From Octopus bimaculoides (taxonomy: Eukaryota), in assembly GCF_001194135.2 (NCBI RefSeq), contig NC_068986.1, forward strand, positions 44,430,213-44,494,212: a stretch of DNA of 64,000 nucleotides, written 5' to 3'. Below the pieces are notes generated by a model. The model made no database searches. It was not told where the DNA came from and saw nothing but the letters and a program-made list of their open reading frames with translations. The translations under genes and the position numbers were made by a program. Position 1 is the stretch's first letter. Each line of letters starts with the position of its first letter. Shown piece by piece: positions 50,201 through 60,892 of this stretch.

Positions 50201-53200
50201 AAGTGTATTGTTTTTGCATATCCCTTATTATCATTTCTTATGTCCAGTGTATCAAACCACCTCCAAAATTAGGCCTCACTGAAGCAAATAAAGTGCTTCA
50301 CTAATTTATTACCCTGTGTGACATGATTTTTGTCTTTGGGTAGCAACTGTTATTTCCTATTTGCTTAGACCTAGAAAGTATGAAAAATGGCTAATATTTC
50401 CTTCAAACCCCAAAGAATCCTTCTCAGCACATGGCTATGATGCTCTCTCACTACTCCTGCTCATGATCAGAGATGTTCATATTGTCAGTCACTAAGGGAC
50501 ATACTCAAGTGGCTATGATCAAACAACTGACAAGTAAATATTTCTGCTTCAGCAACTCAGCACAGAATCTGTGTGAAATGTAATGGAAAATGGGTCACTT
50601 TCAAAACATTGATGTCCAGGTCACAAAAGCAAAGTTTGAAGGGCATAGTAATCATTTCCTTTGATTTGTAGATATAAGCACATAAGAAATAACACTTCCT
50701 GACCAAAGACAAAATAAAAAAAAAGATTTGTTACACAGTGTTATTATTTCCAATTGGGATTATCCTACTATATAAGAAACTATTGAAGCAAGAAAGTTCA
50801 AATTTGTTTCTCACTAATTTTCTTATCCATCCATCCATCTATCCATCCATCCATCTATCCATCCATCCATCCTATAGTACAAGCATGGGCAACCCTTTTT
50901 GAGAAGCAGGCTGCATGGGATGTGGCTCATCATCAGGTGCGCTACACTACTAAAAAAATTATGCATATGTTATTTTCGTCATGAAATTAAATCTGCCATT
51001 CAGAAAGTCCAGTGGGCCACACTTTGCCCATGATTGCTACAGTAGAAGGCGCTTGCCCAGAGTGCCACACAATGTGATAAAGTTCTATCTCATTTCATAT
51101 GTGATTCTCAACATTCTCAGTTCTAACTTAATTATTTCTGCCCAACTTTGACTTGGTTCACAAGTTCCATGACTACTTCTCATCACCAACAACAGATGTT
51201 GCTGCTGTTGTGGTTGTTGTTCAGCCTGTTAGAAACAGCAATCAAATCTCCCATAAATCTACCATCTTAACAAAAAAGAAACCAAACAAATAGGAAATGC
51301 AGGCCACATTGGACGATGTAGTCTCATAGATACACAAAAAGTTGTGATGGTCACTGTTGGAACACTTTTGATCATAGATCAACTGACTTGAAACTAAAAA
51401 AAGACTCTTTCCATTACTACTTCATGGTACAGCTTGCCAATGCTTTTGATATCCTATTGTTTTCTCTAACTTCTTCAACTTTTTCAAATTTCACATGACC
51501 CTATTCTAACGGGCCACTCTCAATAAGTTCTCTGATCAAAGTACATTTTAATTATATACAGCATTAGATTTCCGACAAGTATTGTTTATCTGTTTTTTTT
51601 TGTGCTGAGGAAGAAAATGTTTTCATTATTTACAATAGCAGCAGTTCTATCTTTTAACTTTTACTTATTTTAGTCATTAAACTGCAGCAATGCTAAGGAT
51701 TTATATATTAGAATATTAAAAATACCTATGAGGGTTTAGTTGAACAGATTGGCCCCAGTCTTCATTTTTTTTAAAGTTTAGTACTTACTCTGTCTTTAAT
51801 CTCACGTCATGTTTTTTTTTTGTTTCATTTAAAAATGTTTTTGTCTAGGAGACAGATCACTGACGTCGATAAGAAGTTGGTAATTTCAAGAATGAGAAAT
51901 TTTGTGAAAGAGAAGATTTCCACTGATGTGAGTATTGATTAAAATGTGTCTGTGTGTGTGTGTGTAGCTTTTGCATGCTGATACAATAATATCATCATCA
52001 TCACCCCTACCGTCATCATCACCACCATCATCCTTACTATCATCATCATCATCATCATCATTATTATTATTTAATGTCTGTTTTCATGTTGGCATAGGTT
52101 GGATGGTTTGACAGAGTCTGGTGAGTTGCAGGACCATGTCAAGCTCCAATGTCGGCTTTGGTATGGTTTCTATGGTTGGATACCATTCTTAATGCCTACT
52201 TTACAAAAAAGTGTACCGGGTGCTGTTTTGTGCCACTGGCACTGGTGAAGTCAGCAAGTACTCACAAGATGATTAAAGAACAGGAAGCCAACTCAACTAT
52301 ATATAATCACTCAGAGAGTAACGGATGTTAAATGATGATGATGATGTTCTATGCTGGCATCATCATTTAACATTTGCTTTCCATGCTGGCATGGGTTAGA
52401 TGGCTTGAATGAAACTGCTGTATCAGGTTCCAGTTTGAATTTGACTTGGTTTCTATAGCTGGATACCCTTTCTAATGCCAACCACTCCGAGAGTGTAGTG
52501 AATGCCTTTTACATGTCACCAGGCATGGGCGCTTTTATGTGTCACCGGCACTGGTGCTTTTATGTGTCACTAGCACAAAAGTTGTTACGTGTCACTGGCC
52601 ACAATTATGATTTCACTTGGTTTGACAAGTCTTACGAAAATAATATTCATGTTTTGTTACCCTCATGTTGACTGTTTTCCTTTCCTACCGGTATATGACT
52701 CTGTATGACTAATATGCCAAAATTTAATTTGAACAATTGTTTTAGCCTTATACAGCTATCCCTTTACTGCAATCTTAGAAAGCCTAACAAAAAAAAAAAA
52801 AAGATGTATTAAAAACAGATTGTAGCCTTTTGATATCTAAAACTCCTATTAGATTTTTATGATTAAATATTTCTTCAATATACAAAATCTTATATGGACT
52901 CCAGTTGACTCAATATACAAAACAGTTGACTCAATATACAAAACAGTTGACTCAATATACATATACAGTTGACTCAATGTACAAAATCTTATATGGACTC
53001 CACTTGACTCAATATACAAAACAGTTGACTCAATATACATATACAGTTGACTCAATATACAAAATCTTATATGGACTCCAGTTGAAAACCACTCTAAATA
53101 GTCATCCAACCTGCTGGAAACAGCACCAGCCAAATTTCCTTCAGTTCATTCATTACTGTTTTCAAAAAAGTTTTTATTGAATAAAGTGGTCCCAATTTCT

Positions 53201-56200
53201 CTACACTAGCTTGACAAAGAAGCCAGGTTGTACATGTAATAAACCCAATTCTTTGATATGGATAGGTGTGTTCAACCGTGTGTGAGGCAGCAAGAACAGC
53301 AACACCATTGATAGTGTGTGAGTGTAGGGACACTTAACCTGGATAGGTCGGCTGAAAGTGTCAGCGATCAATGTTCAGATGGATCATCCCCAAAAAAAGA
53401 ATGGTTTGTCATGGCTGGAATGCTTTTGATTTTTTATCTCAAACAGCGTTAACCTGGTTCTAAACAACAACAACAATAACAAATGATAATCCCAGAATAT
53501 TCTTTGATGGCTTTAATAGCTTCCCTTAATTCACTTTTCTTTTGTTTTTACAGATAAAAAGGCAGCTTCAGTTTATTCAGCTTCAGAACACTTTATATCA
53601 AGTAAGTATGATTGAGTTACTCCTTTATTGGTTTTTAATCATTGGACAACAGCTATGCTGGGGATTGACCTTCAAGGGTTTTAACCATTCATATCAACTC
53701 TCAGTGCTTATTTCAGTTTGTTACTCATTTTATTGACTAAGGTGTATCTATAGGTGCAGGCATGGCTGTGTGGTTGAGAAGTTTTCTTCCCAACCACATG
53801 GTTTCAGTTTCATTCCACTGTTGCACCTCGGGTAAATGTCTTCTATTATAGCCCTCACCTGCCTTTTAAAATAACATTTGTAGGGTGGGTATGAGAAGTT
53901 TGATCTGACTGGTTTCAACATAAAACTGGTAGAATATTTGGGCCAGATATGGCCAGCTTCAATGTTAAATAGTTAAATCAGTCCTATGTTTCTCATGGGA
54001 GTTGGCAGTGAGGGTAAAAAAGAGAAGCACACAATTTTCTCTGTTTAATACCTTTTAAACTTTTTAAACTTGTCCAACACCATGGTGAACAAAGAATTGT
54101 GTTCATGCAAAATCTTTTGTCTTCTCATTAAGAAAGAGGGGAAAATGAAAAGGGGAAATATAGTGGGGTGAGGTAAGGCTGGTTTGAGCACCACTAGTGC
54201 ATGTCTACTCCCTAAAAACAGGAACAGTCCTTTTGACTGGTTGCAATACAGTCTCTATTTACTCAATTTCACTCAGAAAGCTTTGGTTAACCTAAGCTTT
54301 TGTCTAGAACAGTGGTTCTCAACCAGGGTCCATATAAGATTTTTGGGGGTCCATGTAACAAAGTAGCAAATTGGGGATCTACAATAGTATTTTAAGTGCC
54401 CCTACAAAAGTTTTGCTTTAGATGTATGTATTGGTATGTGTTGCAAGAAACAGCCAGGTTTCTTCCTCTAACATTTTACATAGTTCAACCTACACAAGTC
54501 AATGTGTGAAAAATAAAAAAATTTTGAAAACTAACCTCAAACATTGAATGGCTTATAGTAATCAAAGGGGTCCATAGATAAAAAAAAAAATGGTAAAGAA
54601 CTCCTGGTCTAGAGGATACTTGCCATTAGTATTGTACAGTGAAACTGTGTCCAAAACCACGTGATTATGAAGCAAGCTTTTTAACTGCATTGCCATGTTT
54701 ATACATGTGTTTTATTGTATCTTAGGTTTCTACGAGTGAAAGTAAGTGTTTGTTGGGCAAATGGATTTAGCTTTCAGTAAACACAAGACACTGACTGTAG
54801 ATTTCTTTGGACATGGATAATGTGTTTCTGGGTCCCTCACACACAAGAAGGTGGGGGCGGTCATGGACATGATACCTTTGATAGTAAACCTGCTTGACTA
54901 AGGTTGACCTGGGGCTAAACAACAACAACAACATCCTGGTGACTACTAGATCGTTAGACTGATTTATTTTCTCCCCTTCTCTCTATACATAATAAACAGA
55001 AAAACTTATGCACAAACACAAAGAAAACGTGGTCATAAGTTACTTGGTTGTAAATTATCAAATTATTTAAAGGGAGGTAACTTTGTTCACACAATATTAA
55101 ACACTTTTTATTTAACTGGCTGTTTAATTCATTCACGGTCTGTTGGTTGAAAACAGGCTCTGAAGAAGTGGAGAAAAAACAGAAAGCAAAAAGAAACTTT
55201 TATTAAAACCATATAGGATTACATTCTGTCATATTCAATAAGAAGAAACAAAAACATAAAGAGTTTTAATTTCAAGTAGAATAAAAGTGTAATTAAACAA
55301 GATAATTATATTTTTTGTTATATTTTGTTTGGCCATGTTACAATTTAAGCTTATTCATTGTTGTAAGTGAAGAAAATCTACTTTGCTTTCTTATGGAAAG
55401 ACTCATGATTTTTATCTCTCACAAAAATATAGAGCTGGTGGAGGCTCTACATGGCTGCTAGACCTATAGAAATAGCAACTCAGTATCCTTCAATCCATTT
55501 TCTTTCATCTCAGAGAAGGACAATTTGGATACTGTTTTTTAGGTTCTCCACACATAGAGAATAAAATGGGACGATTATGGATATGCTGGCTTTGATCATA
55601 GGTCTGCTTGACTAAGGCAGACCTAGGGCTAAATAATAATGACAACAATCAATTAAAATTTATGTTTTCCTAAATAATAGGCCAGTAATATCATGTCAAT
55701 AATAATAATAATAATCAAATTTTATTTTACAGAAGTCTCTTCAAATACAAGGACGACAGAAGAAATATTTTGAACTTAAAGTAGCTAACAACAGGTAATT
55801 GAGATTCAATATAGTTATTCTGAAATAATCATTTCTTTCCTCATTATTATTTTTTTTCAAAACCAATTAAGTATTTGTCGTATTATGTTGATGTGGCTGT
55901 TGGGAGTTTTATTTTTTAAGAAGGCTATCAGTTTGAATTTGCTCACTGAAGTGAGAGTTAGGTTGAAATGAGTAGAGGTACAATGGCCAAAATGTTAAGC
56001 TATTGAACTACATTCAGACATACAATCTGAAACGAAGTGTTTTTCTTTCTTGGAAAAAATTTCATATGGGATTAAAGCATTAGATTTTTATATTCTTTAA
56101 CCAATCTATTTCTTGTTAGCTTTCTTTACCACTAAAGTACTAAATGTGAGTAGAACTATATATTTCATCATCCTTTTCTGTGATACCAGTTATCTCTTCC

Positions 56201-58464
56201 ATTTCTGAAAACAAGTTCCTTTTGACATATGTTCTTCATTCTTAACATTGCCCATACTCACATTTTCCATTTCAGTGCTACCAGTTACTTCTCTTTCTGC
56301 CTTGAACTACTTTTTACTGATTCACTCTTATGTTGCTCTTTGCACCTCCACTCCTATCTCTCACTCTCCCCATACACTCTTGCAGCCTCTACCAACTCAT
56401 CACTCATCCTTCCCTACCAATTGCATTATTATTCTTGTTACTTGTTTACACATATTTAATACTAGGTCTGCAAATGGCTCACACATGTATTTACATATTT
56501 TTCTAATTTACTATAATTTTAGGTGCCCTGCTCCCCACCCATCTTTATCTCCTATCCAGTTACTCTCACTCACCTTTGCATAAAGTAGAACAGCCAGATA
56601 TCTCCACTATAGCAAGATACCTGTGCTTGTCCCTTTATCATACTTTAGCCTGCAACACCTGGCATAAAGCCATCTCTCCTCTATCAAATATACTCGGTTC
56701 TTTTCTTTACTTTGTCTTGTAACTTACTTGGTAACATCACTAGTGCCGGTGTCTTAAAAAAATGCCCCCAGTATACACAGTAAAATAGTTGGTATTAGGA
56801 AGGGCATCCAGTCATAGAAACCATGTCAAACCTGACATTGGAGCCTCATGTAGCTCTGTGGCTTGTTGGACCCTGTCAAACCATCTAACCCATGTCATTG
56901 TGGTAAACAGAAGTTAGACAACAATGATAATTAGGTATTTATTGTCTGTATATTCAATTTATTCAATCAATTATCTATTTATTTATATATTTAGTTATAT
57001 ATTTATTATACTAGTAAATATGTATGAATCTGTTCTTGTATATGTTTATGTTCACTTATTATGAAATGACATTGTTTAATTATCCACTTCTAATACTTTG
57101 ATGTTATATTTTGTGGAGAAATTCTTTCAACTGTTACAAATTAAATTTGTTCCAAATGTTTGAATCACAAAGAAATTGTGAAATATCTTAACTGTGTTTA
57201 ACCCATTTGCATTTAAACCAGCCATATCTAGCTCAAATATTGTACCTGTTTTATGTTCAAACTGACCAGGTCTAGCATTTCCCACCTATTCTAAAATGTC
57301 ATTCTAGGAATAGAACAATCACATCATTGATATCTCAAAGCTATGAGACAATGCATGGTTAATTCAAAACAATGTGAATCAATAAGCATTACATTTGACA
57401 GAATAACATGAATGTTAAAAGCATAAAGATACAAAATATTCAGTTTCAGAAGAGCTATTGAAGTAACAAAACACATTCATTTTCACACAAGATGATTGAA
57501 CGCATCAAGCAGAGACCATAATCCCATGTCTTGTTACTAATGATGATGAACTTCATGAAGTCTGGGTCGTGGTTTGCACAGTCCAACATGTCTTGAGTGA
57601 TTTCCATGCAGATTTGCTTCTGCTACTCTGCCAACACCTTGGGGATAAATTTCACCAACACTTTTCACATGCACAAATCCTCTGTTAGAATGGAATGTAC
57701 TGATTCTGTGCTTTTTCCCACTGTGTGAGCAATATCCTGGATTGTTACACAATGGTCTTCCATGACTACTCATTGAACCTTCTCAATCGGCTCCTCATTT
57801 CAGCTTGTGGATGGCCTGCCTTTGTCTTGCTTTTCACTGAGGTGCAGCCATGTTTGAAGCAGTTGTACCATTCCTTGATCTGAGTTTTGCCCATGGCATC
57901 ATTACCAAAGGCCTGTTGAATCTTCTGGATGGTTTGAGCTTGAGTATCTCCAAACTTTTGGCAAAACTTGATGCAATATCTCTGCTTGATGCATTCAATA
58001 AAAACGAAAATCTTGCGAGTGTTCACTACATGTGTGTACTCCATGCGTAACAGCTGCAAACTGATATGGCCTACTGGTGTGAAAATTTTCACACATTCAC
58101 AGGAAGAGTGGCATCACATCCTACCTAAAGGATTTTGCCCATGTAGCATTAGTTTTGGTGAGAAAGTATAAACTTGGATACTTTTTGAATGCATCTCAGA
58201 GTTATTTGTTCTCTAGTTATCTTCAATGCATATCAAGTCATTTTTGATTTTCTGATTTCCTTATTTTTGATTTGATTCAAGGATTTTCTTTCATGATTGT
58301 GCATGTTTTCATTGTTTATTTTTTCTTATTTCTTGTTATTCTTCAGACTCAACAGTGATCTGAATGAAGCAACCAAAACCAAAGTAGAAGATCCAGAAGA
58401 GATGTTCACTGAATTTTGTAAAAAATTTTCTGAATTTAAAAGGTCATCAAATCAAATGGAATGA
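30846..58464 (+). CDS. CENPU: 10-exon gene, 775 aa, CENP-U (MLF1IP/PBIP1)-like C-terminus with a long Ser/Lys-rich disordered N-terminus
   Basis: Exons 30846-30892, 37855-37921, 40765-40882, 43034-44502, 47728-47923, 50075-50198, 51849-51927, 53554-53601, 55733-55794 and 58347-58464 join in one open frame (2328 nt) with GT-AG introns. KRTAKSLSELDVIL..K..I......VKE..I..RL aligns without gaps to vertebrate CENP-U as I recall it. The gene's existence is well supported; the orthology is only moderately supported. Confidence 0.6.
31555..32475. mobile_element. Cluster of tRNA-derived SINEs (two plus-strand, one minus-strand running into the gap)
   Basis: ctggcagaatcgtaagc...gagttcaaattcc...gtcgataaaataa heads at 31555 and 31820; cagtcatttgactg...aacccggaaccatgtg at 32140-32475. 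Confidence 0.85.
32476..33269. other. Assembly gap (N run)
   Basis: Direct reading. Confidence 1.
34783..35480. other. Assembly gap (N run)
   Basis: Direct reading. Confidence 1.
35540..36165 (+). mobile_element. Head-to-tail array of three tRNA-derived SINEs with (ATT)n tails
   Basis: Repeated ctgagttcaaatt...actttgcctttcatcc...ggggttgatgtaat...ggccttgtgc..gtagaaaggattattatt. Confidence 0.85.
36314..36349 (-). ncRNA. Minimal type I hammerhead ribozyme fold
   Basis: Minus strand GAT CTGAAGA A GGAATTGTAATTCC GAAA TATC ATC: 3-bp stem I, intact core with an extra A after A9, perfect stem II, palindromic ATAT stem III, AUC triplet. Confidence 0.6.
36600..37150 (-). mobile_element. Very decayed CR1-group LINE RT relic
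   Basis: PKTFDT*NW (cf. SKAFD.VWH) and YAKTTHRCAISF (cf. YADDTTL..S.SF) in the expected order. Confidence 0.4.
37855..37921 (+). CDS. CENP-U-like gene exon 2
   Basis: ttattacag acceptor; KRPVAKREFKFTSPTKKTSLDK; gtttgt donor; phase 2 to 0. Confidence 0.7.
38640..39225 (+). mobile_element. tRNA-derived SINEs (a partial copy, then a near full-length copy)
   Basis: catggctgtgtggtaa...ggttcagtcccactgtgtggcaccttgggcaagtg...gattcattcgactaa. Confidence 0.85.
39305..40250 (-). mobile_element. RTE LINE 3' end with (GAT)n tail, spanning a gap
   Basis: MLHGSETWAVTAEDIRKFARNEASMLRWMCNVNV...LREKLNIRSISCGVQER; 3' UTR catcatcatcgtttaacgtccgctttccatgc. Confidence 0.92.
39545..39954. other. Assembly gap (N run)
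   Basis: Direct reading. Confidence 1.
40765..40882 (+). CDS. CENP-U-like gene exon 3
   Basis: ttttcag acceptor; RKTQDDPKAENSAQKSNENVFDLPPPIWASSPRDTPYGK; gtaaat donor (an alternative in-phase donor exists after 40876). Confidence 0.8.
40959..41169. mobile_element. piggyBac-type MITE, left end truncated
   Basis: Right end gaatgctaaaggg-TTAA; body matches 47446-47666. Confidence 0.75.
43034..44502 (+). CDS. CENP-U-like gene exon 4 (1469 nt, Ser/Lys-rich low complexity)
   Basis: Uninterrupted ORF (track 43084-44547); ttttaag acceptor phase 1; EQM|gttagt donor phase 0. Confidence 0.9.
44640..45585. repeat. 41-bp minisatellite split by a transposon
   Basis: Unit tatagtatatagttaagagaacataaggtttatatgaagca; ~3.5 copies at 44640-44780 and ~1.6 copies at 45518-45585. 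Confidence 0.85.
44781..45517. mobile_element. pogo/Tc1-mariner deletion derivative
   Basis: TA-ctgtatatactcatgtaaaagttga ... tcgactattactcaaatatatatga-TA inverted termini; weak pogo-transposase-like remnants on the minus strand. Confidence 0.7.
46400..47430 (-). mobile_element. Head-to-tail SINE array separated by (AAT)n tracts
   Basis: About four copies of gaaatttgaactcagaa...gaaatgctgctaagca; (AAT)n at 46953-46977 and 47180-47223. Confidence 0.85.
47446..47666. mobile_element. piggyBac-type MITE, complete, 221 bp
   Basis: TTAA-ctcttttagcat ... atgctaaaggg-TTAA. Confidence 0.88.
47728..47923 (+). CDS. CENP-U-like gene exon 5
   Basis: tttttttcag acceptor; DQKDAEKQFSYGISELSSLHISH...FPGDSDNNISL; gtaagt donor phase 1. 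Confidence 0.85.
49043..49420 (-). mobile_element. Full-length young tRNA-derived SINE
   Basis: Same family as 30133-30522; 13-bp TSD ctctgtcattact (49030-49042 and 49421-49433). Confidence 0.92.
50075..50198 (+). CDS. CENP-U-like gene exon 6 (start of the conserved domain)
   Basis: gtttcag acceptor; NPVPIKLNVLGNKNSMKRTAKSLSELDVILDVVDHSIEMV; gtaagt donor phase 2. Confidence 0.88.
50826..50871. repeat. (ATCC)n microsatellite
   Basis: Direct reading. Confidence 0.9.
50880..51036. mobile_element. hAT MITE, 157 bp
   Basis: TIRs caagcatgggcaa / ttgcccatgattg; 8-bp TSD ctatagta / ctacagta. Confidence 0.8.
51849..51927 (+). CDS. CENP-U-like gene exon 7
   Basis: ttgtctag acceptor; RQITDVDKKLVISRMRNFVKEKISTD; gtgagt donor phase 0. 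Confidence 0.88.
52877..53097. repeat. Compound minisatellite attached to a hAT-MITE terminus
   Basis: 21-22-bp units cagttgactcaatatacaaaa / cagttgactcaatatacatata interleaved with tcttatatggactc; ends in cagttgaaaaccact. Confidence 0.85.
53554..53601 (+). CDS. CENP-U-like gene exon 8
   Basis: tttttacag acceptor; IKRQLQFIQLQNTLYQ; gtaagt donor phase 0. Confidence 0.85.
54310..54606. mobile_element. hAT (Charlie-like) MITE
   Basis: cagtggttctcaacc left TIR, degenerate right TIR ggtaaagaactcctg; TSD gtctagaa / gtctagag. Confidence 0.8.
55733..55794 (+). CDS. CENP-U-like gene exon 9
   Basis: ttttacag acceptor; KSLQIQGRQKKYFELKVANN; gtaatt donor phase 2. Confidence 0.82.
57202..57420. mobile_element. 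piggyBac-type MITE (third copy)
   Basis: TTAA-cccatttgcatttaaaccagcc; body matches 47446-47666; right end decayed. Confidence 0.75.
57500..58197 (-). mobile_element. mariner transposon 5' half, defective
   Basis: IKQRYCIKFCQKFGDTQAQTIQKIQQAFGNDAMGKTQIKEWYNCFKHG (mariner N-terminal HTH). Confidence 0.88.
58347..58464 (+). CDS. CENP-U-like gene exon 10 (terminal)
   Basis: ttattcttcag acceptor phase 2; LNSDLNEATKTKVEDPEEMFTEFCKKFSEFKRSSNQME*. Confidence 0.78.
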
Positions 58465-58539
58465 AATGTTTCTCTGTGAATACATATTCTTCATTCCATG
58501 TAATCACTGACATGTATATGTGTATATATATATATATAT

Positions 58540-58925
58540 CATCATCATCATCGTTTAACGTCCACCTTCCATGCTAGCATGGGTTGGACGATTTGACTGA
58601 GGACTGGTGAACCAGATGGCTACACCAGGCTCCAATCTGATTTGGCAGAGTTTCTACAGCTGGATGCTCTTCCTAACGCCAACCACTCAGAGAGTGTAGT
58701 GGGTGCTTTTACGTGCCACCGGCACGAAAGCCACTTAGGAGGTACTGGCAACGGGCATGCTCGAAATGGTGTATTTTACGTGCCACCCGCACAGGAGCCA
58801 GTCCAGCAGTACTGGCAACGAACTCGCTCGAATGTCTTTTCATGTGCCGATGGCACAAGTGCCAGGAAGGTGACGTTGGTAATGGTCACGCTCAAATGGT
58901 GCTATTTACGTGCCACCGGCTTCGT
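58540..58925 (-). mobile_element. RTE LINE 3' UTR with internal ~65-bp tandem units
   Basis: Near-identical to 39305-39544; (CAT)n tail; repeated gtgccNNNggcac. Confidence 0.85.
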
Positions 58926-59449
58926 CGTAGTTCTGTCAGCAGAGAGATTCGAAGACAAATTAGGATGAAGCTGGAAATTGAACTGGTTATATAGAGTTGG
59001 GGTCACATACGAGTCGAAGAGGGAGAGGGTGAGAGAGAAGTAGTGATGCATAGAGAGAGAGGGGGAGAGAGGGAAATAGTGGTGCAGAGAGAGTGAGGGA
59101 GAGAGAGAGAGAAGTACAGGCAACAGTACATCACGCTGGTTAAATTCCTTGGGTTTTTAGAACAAAGTTGAAAGAGACAGCAGTGTATAAATCGTGAGAT
59201 TAAATGCTTAAATTGGCAACATAATTGGATGAGAATTAAATCGTAATTTTTAGAGGAGAATAACTTGAATAAAGTAAAGAAAAAGCGATAACTTGAATAA
59301 TGTAAATAAAAAAATACATGAATAAGCATGAATTTAAGACAAAACAGAGATCGAGTGATGTTTACATGGAAAGAAATATATAGATAATGGAGAACGGACG
59401 GGGCGGGGAGCGCAGCAAGAGGGATAATATCACACACACTCTCTCTCTA

Positions 59450-59481
<32 letters not shown>

Positions 59482-59625
59482 AAGTAATTCACCATGGAGT
59501 CTTTCAACAGTGTAAAGGTAAATTTATTTTCCTAGTTCATTGATTAACAAAAAGACTTCAGAAAATTTCAGTCATTTTCTTGGCACTGTTTCTTAAGTTC
59601 ACTCATTTCATTAATGCATTATGTA

Positions 59626-60892
59626 TTAGGTCATCCCATAAATAATGCGATTTTTTTATACTTCTTTTATTTTTCAAAATTAAGATAAACAAAGTTCTTT
59701 TTTAATCTAAATATACTCTACTTCATTTTCTACAATGCTCTTCCATCTATCTAGTAGACTTGCAAGGCTTCTCTTCCAAAATTCACTTGTCTGTGATGAA
59801 AAAAATATTTCTCCAGTACTATTCTGATCTCGTCTACAGAATTCATATTTTTTCCATCCAAATGGTTTTGAAGACTGCGGAATAAATGATAATCAGATGG
59901 GGCAATGCCCAGCGAATATGGTGGATGGGGATTTGTTTCCCATTCAAACTGCTCTAGCTTTTGGAATGTTATCCTTGTTGTATGTGGCCAAGCATTATCT
60001 GATGGAAGAACACCTTTCATCTTGAAACCAAAGATGGTCGTTTTTCTTCTAGCACTGACTTAAGTTGCTCAAGCTGCTCATAGTAGATCTCCTTTGTTAT
60101 CGTTTGGTTTGGGTTTAAAAATTCAAAGTGGATCAAACCTTTCATATCCCACCAAACAGATAACAACACCATACGTGGGTGAAGACCTTCTTTAGTCTGG
60201 GGTGCCAGTGTTCCTCTTTTCCCTACCCACTGTCTTCAGCACTTGGCATTTTTATAGAGAACTGATTTCTCATCACCAGTCACTATTTGGTCCAAAAAAG
60301 GTTCATTCGTGAGACGTGACAGCAAAGAAAAGCACACATTCACTCTCTGTACACGATTAGACTGGTAAAGTGAGGAACCCATTGATTCGATTTGCTGACT
60401 TTTCCGATGGCACACAGGTTTTAATGAATGGTTGAATGTCAAATCCAAGCTTCTCTGCTAGTTCCTCAACAGTTACAATGGGATTTTGTTCGACCATGGT
60501 TTGCAGGATGTCCTCGTCAAGCTCTATAGATCTCCCAGGACAAGGCACATCTTCTAGGCTGTAATTTCTGGAACCACTGTTGGCACTGGCTTATGCTTAT
60601 TGTCTGATCCCCATATACTGCATTAATATTCCTCACACTTTCTGTTGCATCGTTGCTTTGATTAAACTCATAAAGCAAAATATGCCGAATATGTTCCTTT
60701 GTCACTTCCATAATAGCTTGGAAAAAAATAACTGTTAAAATCGAACTGCACTCTTCAAAACTTGCACTAAGAATGAGGACAAGGTAAAATTACTACCCAC
60801 TTCTATAGTAAGTTGATACAGGTAGTTTATCCCATCCCCCTCTGACTTTCAGTTGATGTAATTGAAAGAACCGCATTTATGGGATGACCCAA
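59626..60892 (-). mobile_element. Full-length (1267 bp) Mos1/Hsmar-type mariner, frameshifted
   Basis: TA-ttaggtcatcccataaat ... atttatgggatgacccaa-TA; peptides MEVTKEHIRHILLYEF, IVTGDEKSVLY, DNAWPHT, HPPYSLGIAPSDYHLFRSLQNHL. Confidence 0.95.

Noticed and set aside
52877-53097. Regularly spaced repeats suggestive of a CRISPR array
   Set aside because: No unique spacers, eukaryotic context and no cas genes; it is a minisatellite
54726-54741. 16-nt AG..GTAAGT micro-exon candidate
   Set aside because: It would shift the frame between exons 8 and 9; at most an NMD-linked cryptic exon, with no support
55157-55216. Candidate extra exon ALKKWRKNRKQKETFIKTI*
   Set aside because: In-frame stop with no good donor, weak acceptor, and the CENP-U-like register is preserved without it
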